From assembly GCA_040954595.2 (NCBI GenBank), contig CM082580.2, positions 1,044,783 through 1,108,782 on the forward strand: a DNA stretch of 64,000 nt. The letters run 5' to 3'. Below the pieces are notes generated by a model that saw only the letters and a list, made by a program, of their open reading frames with translations, made no database searches and was not told where the DNA came from. The stretch is from Balanoglossus misakiensis. Taxonomy: Eukaryota > Animalia > Hemichordata. The translations under genes were made by a program, and so were the position numbers. The first letter of the stretch is position 1. Each line of letters opens with the position of its first letter. This document shows positions 42,251-54,789 of this stretch, in pieces.

Positions 42251-42657
42251 TTAATAGATTCTCACACTCCTGGCATGCTGAGAGTGTGCGATCAGAGTGT
42301 GAGAACAAATCAATCCCACACACTCACTGAATCGAAAGCTGTATATGACGCGAGCGCCGATTGGATGACAAAGCGTTTTTTAATAACGTGCGCTAAATGT
42401 TATCCAATGACACGATAAAGAAACTACATGCCAGATGACAATTCAAGAGTCATTTATTCAATGTTTTAAGACGAATTTAGCTAATTTGTGCCCGTGTGAG
42501 AAATATAATCTCATACACAAAGGACCTATGATCATATTTCCCACACTCGTCAGGGATATTTTGTCCCACACTCGCCTGCGGCTTGTGTGGGACATAAAAT
42601 CCCCAACTCATGTCAGAATTATGACCCCTAGTCCTTGGGAGTGTGAGATTCTATTAA
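42251..42657. mobile_element. Non-autonomous element with 20-bp TIRs and internal hairpin
   Basis: TTAATAGATTCTCACACTCC ... GGAGTGTGAGATTCTATTAA (1 mismatch). Hairpin TCCCACACTCGCCTGCGGCTTGTGTGGGA. Confidence 0.75.
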
Positions 42658-43619
42658 TCTCACAACCTTAGGACCTGGGATAAGATTTCTCAGATGAGTT
42701 GGTGATATTTTGGCTTGTGTTAGTCAACATATACCTGATAAGTGTAAAAAATTGCGTCAAGGACACAGTGGTCCCATTCAGTCTACACGGAGTACATATA
42801 CACAGTCAGATCGCACGGTGCTCATTTGCATATGAAAGTTCATCAAGCGAGCGACCGTTAACTTTCAAACAGACGGCAATAGGCCAGTTTTCAAGGTGAT
42901 TTTCAACTTGATTTTTACGCTCTGTTGTGCAATAAAATACCATGTTAGCTGGATAAATTACGAAAGTGATTCCCATTTTTCACTGCATACGTAAATTTTA
43001 TGAAAATCTGTGGTAATAGTAAAAGTTTTTAACGTGTTTTCGGTGGTATGTTGGTGACCCCGAAAGAGACGTCCACAAACGTGTCAAAAATCATTTGAAA
43101 ACGACCTCAGAAAGTAACCAAACTTTCCTGATAGAGAGGTCTAATATCGGTCCCAACATCCGTGAAAAGAAATTAATTTGAAATGCTTGCGTAACAGGAA
43201 GTGTTGCATTGATCGTGAAACGATAAGTTTACCATGGGGAAACAGTCTTTGAAAGGCAATTCTTAAGTAAAACAGTTACTGGATAATGGATAACACCCTA
43301 AGGTAACATATTAGCCAAGTTTTAACTTAATTACTGGCCTGATTTCGACACAACATCGATCAATCGCCTACAAATGTAGGTCCCATATGGACAGAATGCC
43401 AGGTTTACCATACATGACTACGTACGTGTGAGGAGCACAGCTGGTGTATTTTTTTTTCTCCGTATCATGGCCTGGGATATAAGTAGATGTTTCGAAAATG
43501 CAAAATGCCAACTGTAACTTCGAAACCATTTCCCTTTATTCGCTGATGATATGTGCAATAAATATTTGTGTCTGAAGGCAAGCAATTTTGTTTTGACTTT
43601 TGTTGTCATCATTGCATTG

Positions 43620-44420
43620 GGCTGAACATGACAGAGTTTGAGCTGATCAGCTGACTTCAAGTTTCGATTTGGAACATATAATTTGATCATATCAGACAGA
43701 TATGATGGTCCAAGTCTATGAATGAATTCAAAAATAAGAAATAACATCTTGAAAACAATACGATCAGACACAGGTAACCAATGCAACTGAAATTGCATTG
43801 ATGTAAAAGGTGATTTTGGAACTAGCAGCAATATTTTGAACTTGAATACGACTGATCTCGTACTTAGGGAGCCCAAATAAAAGTGAATTACACAAATCTA
43901 TTCGAAATGCAACAAAAGCAGGAACTTTATTGCTCTGTGGCGGCTTGAGATAAATATTTACAGACAAGTGCAATATGCTGCAAATGAAAAGCGACTGAAT
44001 GGCAGATCTGTGCAATCATTGTCAGACAATGAACAGGTTTCAGAGCATCACATGAATTTCTGTAATCCCTCTGGCAGATAGATTACCCGAAGTAGCAGAA
44101 AAAATAACAAATTCAGTCTTATCGTTATTTAAACACAAGACATTTTCAGACATCCAGTACCGCATAAAGCATTCTGGGAGCATTCTCGTTGGTAAAAGAC
44201 AATGAAGAGCCATCTGCATAAAAGCTATATACAGGCATCCATGACTAGAAACTAATTTCCCTAATGGAGAAGTGTACATATTAAAAAGTAGAGGACAAAG
44301 AAGTGATCGTTGTGTTACCGCAGTGTCAAGCAGATAAAATGGTGATTGTTTGGAACACGGTTATAGTAACCATGTCTGAAATTAACACATACACACTGGG
44401 TGCGATTGAAAAGGTATGAC
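43620..44420 (-). mobile_element. L2/CR1-group LINE RT fragment, decayed
   Basis: PLLFNMYTSPL, WMSENVLCLNNDKTEF, IDLCNSLLFGLP, LHWLPVSDRIVFK..PSYL..Y.P.R.L.S. Confidence 0.85.
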
Positions 44421-44779
44421 TGAAACCACAACAGGGCTGCAACCCCCAAAAGACCAAATCAATTTCTTTGATGATTCATTAAATGTCATCACAGTCACCA
44501 TCATTGGAATCACAATCACCATTCTTTGAATAATCAGTTTGTTTTTCTTCCGTCCAGTTATATTCATCAGTCAGTTCGTCAAAGTCAGAATCAGTCTCGT
44601 AAATATTTCCCTCTTCTTCTCTTAAAATGTCAAATTCATGTGACTCCTGTAAAATTGCATCAATGCTATTTTCCATATTATGATGTTCAGTATCAGTGAT
44701 TGGTGATGGTGATTCTAATAGTGGTGACTTATCTGTATATTTTGGGCATACCCCATACTTTTTCGATGTGGTACAGAAT

Positions 44780-45895
44780 CCAGGATTCCCATTATGTGGA
44801 TTACTGCAGTCATTACATCAACACGCAGGGCCACAACCATTGTGGGTCTTATAACATTTACAACATCTGCTATTACAAGTTGGCATCTTTTTGCAGCCAC
44901 ACCCTTTTGTTAGCAACTCCAAATTATTTTTCACTTTTTCTAAATTGGCATCACTGTCCTAAATAATATCAAGTTCGCCGTTGCTTAGTCTGTATCCATA
45001 ATTATTGAATAAGGGAAACGTAACATGGCACTGATCGGCCTGGGACCATAACTGAGAGACCCAGCATGATCTTTTCCAGTGCAGTTGTAGGGCTTCAAAG
45101 GAAGGGATACATTCTTCCTCATACTGGATACGTGGGCAAATTGTTTCTCGTATATATGTAAGCCATTTGATGTGGTTATCTTTAAGACTGTTAGTGACAC
45201 TGGCTACTTGTCGATAAAGTTCAAAAGGATGAGATGCATCAAATGCTTGGAAATGTTTCTTAACATAAACACTACCTTTTAAACGTATGAAAGCGAAAAT
45301 TCCATTCCCTACACTGTCTACTGTTGTGTCTATCAGTGTTCCAGGTATAAGGGTGCCACTAGTTATAAATTCAGAGTATTGAAAAAATGTCTTGTAGAAA
45401 GATTTCCTTCCGATGCCTGCAAAGTATAGTCACAACCTGTGCATATGAACAGTGTTTGAAATATTTTGCCTAAATATTGGAGGGGAATATGTTGCAAATC
45501 AGGGTCTAAATTTAAATCTGATTTGAATTGATTCATGTCTAAATAAGTGAGATTTGATAAATCATTATCAAGTTGTACAAATATCTCCTTTTGAACATGT
45601 TGATATAGTACTGGGAGGAGAACATGATAAGTATCGGTATCAGGGGAGTAAATAACACCTTTCTTGTAAGAGGACTGAACTGCATGAAGGATGCATCTAC
45701 TGTCAGCTTCTTCATGACAACTTTTGGCTTCCCACTCAGACACAATTCCATTACTACCAACGAAAAGATTCTTGTCCCTATTTTCTCCATCAAAGCCACC
45801 TGCTGTAATGAGGACCTGATCACCTTGCAGAGCCGGCACAATTATTTTTAAAGATGTGGCTGACAAGAAGTTCACTAGTTTTCTCTTGTTTGGCT
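44780..45895 (-). pseudogene. Academ XPG/FEN-like nuclease plus C-terminal Cys-rich domain
   Basis: CHEEADSRCILHA, IYSPDTD, FICTGCDYT, then KGCGCKKMPTCNSRCCKCYKTHNGCGPAC*CNDCSN. Confidence 0.85.
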
Positions 45896-45899
45896 TACA

Positions 45900-46870
45900 A
45901 TTGATGTATGTTTTGAGCTAATATTATTGATTACCTATTTTTTATGCATTTTTTTGTATTTTTCCATGTTATTAGTAAAAAGTCTTCATTTCTGAAAGTG
46001 ATGGGCTTACTTCTTTGAAATTTAGCATGAAGCTTCCTAATGGTTGTCTGAGTAACCATAGTTTTGTTCAAATTGTTGCAAAATTTGCATATTTATAATT
46101 TTGAGCAATATTTGCCATTTTTGGTCAATTTATTTTTCTTTAAAACCGCATGCCAGATTGCTTTGCAATTTGGTAGGCATGTTCGTAGGTGTAAGTCAAG
46201 TAATATGTTGTAAAAAATGTGATATTTTCATAAATGTGTTATCGGGGAAACTTTTGCAATTTTTGTCAAAAATTGTTTTCCTGAAACTGTTTGTCATATT
46301 GCATAGAACTTTGGCAGCATGTTCCTTGTAGTGATTGAGGTAAGGTATTGTACAATTTTGTGTTTTTGCCACTTTTGAACAAATATCTTTTGTGAAACTG
46401 CTTGTTGATTGCTTTGAAATTTGTTTTTTCTCTGATTGCTTTGAAATTTGGGATATAATTTCATAACACATACATGTATATGTGCAACTTTTATTCAATT
46501 CTGATATCAGAAATATTCAATATTTAGCGAGTTTTTATGAAAGTTTCTTTGTTTTTGGTTAGCAAATCTTCTCCTTAACCAATTATCCAGTTGTTTTGAA
46601 AGTTACTGTTTACAAGGAGTCGTTACCCCCAACTTAGACATGTTTACATAACTTCAATAAGCCAGCTGTCAGAGAGACCATGGGCTATTAAATTTTTAAT
46701 TACCAGTGGCAGGTCAGTGTGTGTGTGTGTGTGTGTGTCTGTCTGTCTGTCTGTTCCAGGGCTGACTGAAAGAAGTTGCTTCTCATATGTGTTTGTACAG
46801 ACAATTTTTGGTCAATTTTTGGGCATGTTCCTTGTTAATGTTTTTACATTCCATATTTCTATATCGTAAG
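45900..46870. repeat. Interspersed repeat inserted in the Academ, with (GT)n(CTGT)n microsatellite
   Basis: Reverse-complement similarity to the 27.7-29 kb and 31-32.7 kb repeats. Microsatellite at ~46717-46753. Confidence 0.65.
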
Positions 46871-46889
46871 ATCATATCTGCTTGCAATG

Positions 46890-47556
46890 TCACCTGTAAT
46901 TTTTATTCTGGTGTGTCACTGTTTCTACATAATCCTCAAATGGGACCACAGTGTCCTTGACGCTATTTTTCGCTGTGTCATCTGAAAATATATTAGTTAG
47001 CTCCCTGGCGGTATTAAGTGGTGAAAATACATCAGCACCTTCAAGACAATTGATATACAACCTGCAGTTTGACTCATTTATTTTATGTACGCTAACTGAA
47101 TTATGGGTTTCATTTTGGAAAGGAAATAACTGATCTTTTAGATTCTTGGCAGCCATAGCTCTATAGGGTAAATAAATTGCTATTCTCTCCATTAACCCAC
47201 CTGTAGAAGTATGCAATGCAGCTTTAACATCTTTATTGACACACATTTCATGGGCTTCATCTAGTGCTACATTAACCCAAGTTGAGCCTGACAAATTGCA
47301 AACAAAACCACCTGCTTTGAAATGTAACAACAGAGAGTTTGGCATCTTCAGAAGGTCAGCGAGATGTCTGGGAATTAACCTCAAGTACAGGGATCGGTCA
47401 TATGCATGGAACAGTGGGTTCATTTGTTTCAAAGCCAATATTCGAAGGTTCCAATTTCCTGACCTTATTGCAATGTACAAAGACATGTATGCAAACAAAT
47501 CTTCCTCTATAAATCTAACCCAAAATTTGAAAGTTTTGTCTGTATTTGCCCTTCTG
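46890..47556 (-). pseudogene. Academ transposase helical insert and catalytic Glu region
   Basis: DKTFKFW...AIRSGNWNLR..LKQMNPLFHAYDR..Y..LLKMP..FKAGGFV..VALDEAHEMCVNKDVK. Confidence 0.85.
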
Positions 47557-48171
47557 CACAGTACGTGAAATATCCCATGATTCATTCTGATTTGTACAAT
47601 CATTTACTCAGTCAAACCAGGCAAAGTTAACATGTGTAGAGAGAATTGTACACCACTAATATAAATTTTGAGATCTTACTTTTAAGGTGAATCTTATTGT
47701 CAATTACCATTTCAAATGATTTAGAAAATTATGCATTATTGAGAGAGGAGATACGAATTTTATAAAATAATCAAGCAATTGCATAGCCAGCCATACAAAA
47801 AAGTTTGGAGTAAAACAGGGTCACTTGTAAAACCTGTTTAATCAAACAAAAAGATATTGATTTTTTCTATTGACAGAACAATGGAAATTTACATGTTAAC
47901 TTTCAACAGAGACTGGCCACCTCAGTTAGTCATTGCTTGTTTCCCCTAAAGTGTGACATTTGCAGTACATTGATACTTTGATTTCTATGGCTTTTAAATT
48001 TTGATTTTGAAATTTACATTCTAATTCCTCAACGTACTTTTCCTAGATAAAAATAAATAGATTTATATGTACTTCATATCATTGTTAGTATCTAAAACAG
48101 AAAAAGTTATTAAATGGGCAACCTTCGATGATACAAATAACGGAGACTTGTGGGTAAAATATCGTACTATG
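47557..48171. mobile_element. 615-bp Transib-like non-autonomous element
   Basis: 5-bp TSD TTCTG (47552-47556, 48172-48176). Termini CACAGTACG / CGTACTATG. Removal restores the host frame FCDRRANTDKTFKFW. Confidence 0.8.
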
Positions 48172-48505
48172 TTCTGTCACAAAAAATCTGAAATTCCTCT
48201 TGCAAGCCAGTAAGTTGAGCCTTAAGGTCACCATTAATTTTGTCAATATGATCAGCTTTATCTTCAGTACATTCCAAACATTTTGTGACAGCTTCTAGTA
48301 AACATTTTTGGACTGTTTCTGTATCTAAGGGACAGTGCTGGGTATTATGGGTTTCACCCCTCTGATTCAAAAAGGAATTGACAAGACATCTAAACATACG
48401 TTCCCAAATTTGTGTTGGGAAGCGATGAGTTAGCTTGAAATTTGTACACTGAACTAGGGTTTCCGAAGTTCCCCCTTTATGATTGAACCCTGCCAGATGT
48501 TTTAA

Positions 48506-49301
48506 GATGGGTCCCTAGGATCTTTTTGCTCGTTGCTATGGGCCTTTATAGGACATTACACCCCGATTTGGACTAAGCCGTTTTCAGAGTCTAACAAGGG
48601 GCTGGTAACTAGTTGAAAATCTGCACGATTGTGAGCGCGCGCCCCCTGACGCCATTGATATGCAAATTAGCTAGGTCAAATTTCAAAAGCCTAAGGCTTT
48701 TTATTCCGTGACCTCAAAAACGAACTTGATACGTATTCATTAGTTGCTTGAACCAGGGAAGATCGTGACGGATTTTGTTTTCGAATATTATCGTTGTATC
48801 CTACGATTTCAGCATACCCGTACCACATCTGAAAAAGTCATCGATTTTGGGTGTTTTTGGACGCACTCTTCCACCGGTATCGCTTCTTAGCACGACGAAA
48901 ACAGAAAAAAACGATCCGTCACACTGTGCAGAAGTACGTTCTCAACAAGCAGGTCAAATTTGACTGGCGTACGTGGCCTATGAAAAAAGCCTTAGGGATT
49001 TTCGTGAACGGTACAAAATCTCTGTGTACAAAACATTGGATTTTTAGCGTTCGATCCAGTTACTGTGGTTACAGGACGCGCACGCTATCGCTGACCGCTG
49101 CTTTGCCGTATTAGCGTGGCGGCCTATGGCCGGGCGGTAGCTGCCGTAAACATACTCGGACATGGGGTGTGCACACAATCGTGCAGATTTTCAACTAGTT
49201 ACCAGCCCCTTGTTAGACTCTGAAAACGGCTTAGTCCAAATCGGGGTGTAATGTCCTATAAAGGCCCATAGCAACGAGCAAAAAGATCCCAGGGACCCAT
49301 C
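48506..49301. mobile_element. 796-bp MITE with ~128-bp TIRs and TTAA TSD (Kolobok-like)
   Basis: TTAA|GATGGGTCCC...GGGACCCATC|TTAA; TIRs differ at one base. Removal restores the host frame WDADL-KHLAGFNHKG. Confidence 0.9.
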
Positions 49302-49828
49302 TTAAGTCAGCATCCCAGAATATTTTCATGATGACTGGTTGGTAATTTTTTAGAGTATGCCAGTCTCCGATAAAAGGCTGCAACCAGTCTAAATCTGCAC
49401 CATACATGTCTTTTAACTTTATCAGGTGATGGAAAGTTTTCCCATCACCAACCACAACCAGGTATTTTATTCTTACACCAACTCTGAATGTAACATATAC
49501 AGCTTATTGATAATGTTATGGACAGTTTCAATAGAGTCTGCGTGTTCACTTGATATGCCCAAATAAATGACATTTGAGCATTCACTGTCATTACTGTTAG
49601 CAGTTGTTGCTAATGTTGATTTAAAATCCCCAAATACTGTTTCTATATCAGCTCTGTGCATTGTATTTTTTGTAGAGCAAAAATGAATGCGTCAGAAAAC
49701 AGTTCTGACCAAGCAATGGCTTCTCCTTGTTTAATGTCAAAATCTGACAGCGAAATTGATGACTGTGGTTGATGTTGTCTCAGTAGAGGTGGTTTAATTA
49801 AATACTACATCATCATGAACAGTATCAT

Positions 49829-51541
49829 ATGATAAACCTGGGGGTTTTATGTGGGAGCAACAGCCTATAAAATCCCTTGGGGTTTTCTTTGGATACGATC
49901 GACTGAAATGTCTACTTTTGAAATGGGAAAAGAAAATTGAAAGGCTTAAAAGCGTGCTCAACATCTGGTCACGACGTAAGCTGAGCCTTTATGGCAAAAT
50001 TACGGTTTTAAAGTCTTTGGCACTGCCCACAATTTACTACCTTATGCTTAATCTTGGTGCTTTTGAAACGTGGCTCACGAATATCAACCGTCTTATTTTC
50101 AAATTTCTGTGGAATGACAAGCCAGACAAAATCAAAAGGCTCACACTCATTGCCCCTTATGATTGCGGGGGACTAAACATGCCTGACATTTTTGCCATCC
50201 ATGACGCCTTTTGTTCATCATGGGTTCGTAGATTATGTGACAATTCCTCTGCCAAATGGAAGGCCTTGCCACTGCATTGGCTCGGGCACTATGGTCCAGA
50301 TTTTCTTATTTTTCATTTCAATTTTAGCAACATTTCCTGTTTCCCATTTCTCGAGAGAATTCCCTTTTTCTATAAACAAGTAATTTCAGCTTGGCATAGT
50401 GCAAAAGGTGGTTGCGTCACTTTCTCCAAACTCAGTAATTTAGATGTGCGTAATCAAATTATCTGGGGTAATGTCAACATTTCAGATAATGGTAAGACTC
50501 TTTTTTTCCCTGGTTGGATTCACTCAAATATTATCTATGTCCAGGACATTGTCGATACCAACGGCGATTTTCTTCCACCTACACTGTTGTTACAAAAACT
50601 CGAGAATAAGTCAAATTGGATAGTTGAATGGATGAAGTTGCGGAATCTTATTCCCAGAGAATGGAAGTCTGTGTTGAAAGGTACTCAGTTGCATCAGATG
50701 CGTAGAGAAAAGAATTTTCTTCATGTCAATGGAAAAGTTTTTGTTTTACCTAATGATCTGTCTCGCCTTACTTCAAAATTTTTTACAGTATTTTTGTGCA
50801 AAATCGTTTTATTCGTCCATATTGTGAAAATACATGGAATCGTCGTTTGACCATGACTACTCCACTACAGTGGAGAACTATATGGGTTAACCAAACGACT
50901 GGATTGTGTTGTGATAGGAAACTTGCTGAATTTAACTTTAAGATTATGCATAACATTTTGCCATGTGGCATCAATCTTTTAAGATGGAAAATTAGTAAAA
51001 ATGATCTATGTTGTCTTTGAAATGTAACTGATTCTTATGAGCATCTATTTTTAAAATGTCAACGTTTAGGGGATTTTTGGCAGCGTTTATCTGCTTTGCT
51101 CAGCAAACTTGGCATATGTCAAGAGGTCGACTTAGAAACTATTATTCTTGGTTACAAAACTATGTACAGTCATCCTCTTTATAGATTTGTAAACATTGTC
51201 ATTACTATTGCAAAGTATTGTGTATTCGCTTCATGGGTCCATTTACAACATGATATTAACAGCATTAGAGCAAAAACCAATTTCGATATATTTTACAGAT
51301 ATCTACAATTTATGCACCAAATACTCAAAAGGAATAATAATCTAGATTTCACCCATTATTGGAAGAAAATCCTTGCTTCCGTCTGAGATGTAATTATTTT
51401 GTTAAACAAATGTACCTGGTGAATCTCTTTTTATATAGTATTATTTTTTATTTATTTATTTATTTATTTATTTCATCAAAACACGATTTATCTTTATGAT
51501 ACATGTAAGATTAAATGAATGGAAATAAAAAAAAAAAAAAA
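49829..51541 (+). mobile_element. 5'-truncated Tx1/L1-clade LINE
   Basis: RT C-terminal motifs IKSLGV, W..RKLSLYGK..VLKSL, FKFLW, GGL.MPD. zf-RVT-like KIMHNILP..C..EHLFLKC..FW. Poly(A) at ~51527-51541. 14-bp TSD ATGAACAGTATCAT at 49815-49828 and 51542-51555. Confidence 0.93.
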
Positions 51542-51555
51542 ATGAACAGTATCAT

Positions 51556-52408
51556 TGAATTTTTTCTCCGTAAATGTACAGGCTTTACTCACAGGTGCAC
51601 TCAAACCTGTACCAGTATTTTTTGAGATAGATCTGTCAACCATGATTTTAGTATTATTTCCACAAGGAAAATTGGCCAAAATTTTATTCATTTCAGAGTC
51701 TACTGTATTTTGTGAACAAAAGCCACTGTTTAATTCCTGACACCGTTCAAATGAATTCTTTGCATTTTCACTCACCAGACTATCTTTTCTTTTAATTAAC
51801 TGCCTGTTAAGAAGCAAATCATAATGGCCTGGTTGACCTGGCCTGTCTGGTGTGTACAAGAGACAGACAGGCTCAGTCTTGGAGAACACATCACCATCAC
51901 CTCTTGCAAATATATCATTCTGCTTGGTGTATATATGTCCTTCAAAGTATATATGATTGGCACGCATTATGTCTACTGTATCTGCTCTTAACTTGTCTGT
52001 GAATATTTTCTCTCGGTCAGCTAAAATTGGGTCAGAAGGGAGTCCATTAAGTAGACGATCACAATTTCGTAATGCAAAATCATTTCTCACAGAGATGCTC
52101 CTGAAAAAGCACCTTCCATCACCATAAATGTTGATTAGCTGAAAATCTTTGACAGTTGAATGTTTGTCATGACTGCCAAAAACAATATCATCAATACTGT
52201 TCAGAATTGACTTTGATTTTGGTTGGACCATTCGATAAGAAGTACCGTGGAAACCTCTGTCCTTTGGATCAGCTCTAACAGCTGCATATTTAGCTGATTT
52301 ATCAATATTGTCAATGGAAGTTAAACAAAATGCATTATTTGCAATATTTTCCTCTGTGAAATCAGCTGATGTTCTTTTGTTGATCACTCCCAACATGTAT
52401 CTATGCAA
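51556..52408 (-). pseudogene. Academ transposase first catalytic Asp region followed by an OTU-like cysteine protease domain
   Basis: SIDNID (~52301-52318), FHGTSYRMVQP, then YGDGRCFFRSIS (Cys codon 52109-52111) and CLLYT...GHYDLL (His codon 51824-51826). Confidence 0.75.
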
Positions 52409-52409
52409 T

Positions 52410-53560
52410 GTATCTCCAGAACAAATAATACCAAATCAATTTAGAATTTTCACTAGAGTAGATGACTTACTATAACCTTCAACAATGTCAGCCAGGTAAG
52501 TATGCAATGGGTAAGTACAATGATCAGAACAAATGAACAATAGCATACACACAAAAGAAACGCCTGAGGAATCATGCTCTACTCTCCATAGAGTGCCGGT
52601 CATAAAATCCATAGTTGTGTTTATTCCATACAAAGTTGGAGCTTTTTAATTTATTGCGTTCACTGTTGTTCAACGTTAAATATACAACAGTGTTCCATAA
52701 CATAGGGTCAACCTCACTGACAATATATTCAACATCAAGTGTACTCAGATCAACATTGTTTGTTTTGCAGTAATTACTGAATTCTTGAGATTGCTGATAA
52801 ATGCTGGCATTTAATTTCACAGCCACCAAATCAAGCATTTTGAAAAAGTCAACGTCAACTTTACTCAAGTCTCTTACTTGCTTTTCAAGCCTCTCTATCT
52901 GTTTCTCAGCTTGCACAACATACTGAGGATGTTCGACAAGTGCATTTTGGAGGGCAATAGTGAGATCTGAACCTGTTCGGTACAAAAAGGTGGAGAACTT
53001 TCTACTCACTTTTGATACAACAGAAAGGTGAATTGGAAAATACACACATAGCAATTCCCGAATAAGCCAGCTATTAGGTTTTCTGTGGAATTCCACTCGT
53101 TGTAACTTGACATTGGGTCGCAAAGTCTGATATTCATTGTCTAAACAATCATTGAAATATTGCCTGACATCAAACAATAGAATGGCATGTTTTCTGAGGA
53201 GCACTTCTCCTAAAAAGACAACAGTTTTCCAGCATGCAAAATTCACCAAGTCGTCGTCACAGCTGCATCCTTTATTGTAGCATTGTGACATATTTTTTAA
53301 TTTCTTCAGCAAGTGCTATATCACTCGACATAATTAAGCCTTGTTGAATACTACACCTGGCTTTTTCCGCTAAAGCAACAAATGTTTTATAACATTTCAA
53401 ACAAATCAGGCTGTCTTGAGTAAGGGCAAATGGTGTGTTAGTTTGTTGGTGAAATGTTTGCACCATTTCAAAATCAGGGATTTTAAACAAATTGTTTGCC
53501 CGTGATAAGCACGAAGTACACAAGGGATGGCTTTTTCTCATAGCAAGGATGTAGTGACGT
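52410..53560 (-). pseudogene. Academ transposase N-terminal part (frameshifted)
   Basis: ORFs 53272-53541 (CTSC...CLKC), 52572-53312 and 52436-52633 are consecutive pieces. Confidence 0.75.
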
Positions 53561-54473
53561 TGACACAGTGGAAATGATGAAACATCCTTTAAAACCTGAG
53601 TTGTCTATACTCAATTTTGTACACAGTCCTCCTCGCCTGAAATCAGCTCTATAATGTCGCGTAAAAAATGGCCTATTTTGCGACCCTTCAGCGGGGCCCA
53701 CTCTAACAGCTACATGGTTTGAAGTACTTTCCCTCATTAACATATGTTAATGAGTACCGTGCGATCTGACTGTACAGACAGAATAACACACATCGAGAGA
53801 TTAACAGGCAAACACTGGCTGACCCATAAGCGGCCAATGGCATGTGTACTGTACACACAGCAAATGGTCTCTTTAACAGATAGCCAGTTATGTAAACATG
53901 CAGTTACCAATCACTGTTATTATTGACAAATTGCATCCAAGTCCAGACACAGGCTTGAATACAATGTTTAAACAATAACAACATTGCTTACCCAGCTTCA
54001 CCGAGCTGAAATGATCGTTGACAACCAGAATAATACTGAATAAAAATTCAAAAATTACAGATACAGGACCTTTCGTTGCCCACATATTATATTACCGTGG
54101 TCTGTGCGTCGCATTTTAATTGGTCAAGATGAACGACATCACTGACCACAAATACCCAGTAATGGTTTGTTTACATGCCCGTAAATCTGAATAGTAATAT
54201 TAGCAAACAGTTCAGTGAACACAACATTTTGCATAACACAAGTTCCGGGGCCCCAAGTCTTGTGTGTGGGACATTTTCAGAAATATTGACGGTTTTCTTG
54301 AGATTGTTGGTAATGTAATGGAAATAAATGCAGGGCTCGGGCTCTAGCTAAGCTAAAATTAATGGGCTCGGAAGCCTCGCCCATGAATTTTTGGCTTTCC
54401 CCTCGCCCTTGCCCATAAACAAACATTAATGGTCATGGCGTCGTGCATTATTTCTATATTGTGTTGATCTTAC

Positions 54474-54590
54474 CTGTACACTCTCCATTGACCAATCAAT
54501 ATTCCACAGCACAAGTGAAATAAAAAGAGCCTGCTGTATTCACACACTGGCCTTCACAAAGATCTGCTCTCTCCATATATTCATTGACAT
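54474..54590 (-). pseudogene. Calcium-binding EGF exon 2, decayed
   Basis: ttcag|...G|gtaaga, 117 nt. DVNEYMERADLCEGQCVNTAGSFYFTCAVEY*LVNGECT; two Cys lost and a TGA stop. Confidence 0.85.
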
Positions 54591-54789
54591 CTGAAATCAA
54601 AGATAGTTATTATTATTTATTTATTTTATTATTATTTATTTCCTAACAAATGTAATACACATACATCTTCTACAGAAAATAATAAAATTAGAAAACAAGT
54701 GAAAGCTTAAAGGATAAAAAATTACACTTAAAAACCCCAAACAAACAGAAACAGTTCTGAAAGACAATCCCTATAAACCAAAAAAAGCA

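Larger units (their letters stand above)
42752..53775 (-). mobile_element. Decayed Academ-superfamily (XPG-type) DNA transposon with nested insertions
   Basis: Minus-strand fragments in Academ order: Cys-rich N-terminus; PLHTYLADIV..LVKILN; IDNID..FHGT..VQP; GDGKT..GDWHTLKN; IRSGNW..FHAYDR..DEAHE; XPG-like HEEAD/SPDTD/TGCD; terminal Cys cluster. Subterminal inverted match ACAGTCAGATCGCACGGT at ~42802 and ~53755-53772. Confidence 0.85.

Noticed and set aside
51494-51555. C-terminal HFFFFFISIHLILHVS of the 304-aa ORF
   Set aside because: Read-through into the antisense poly(A) tail of the inserted LINE.
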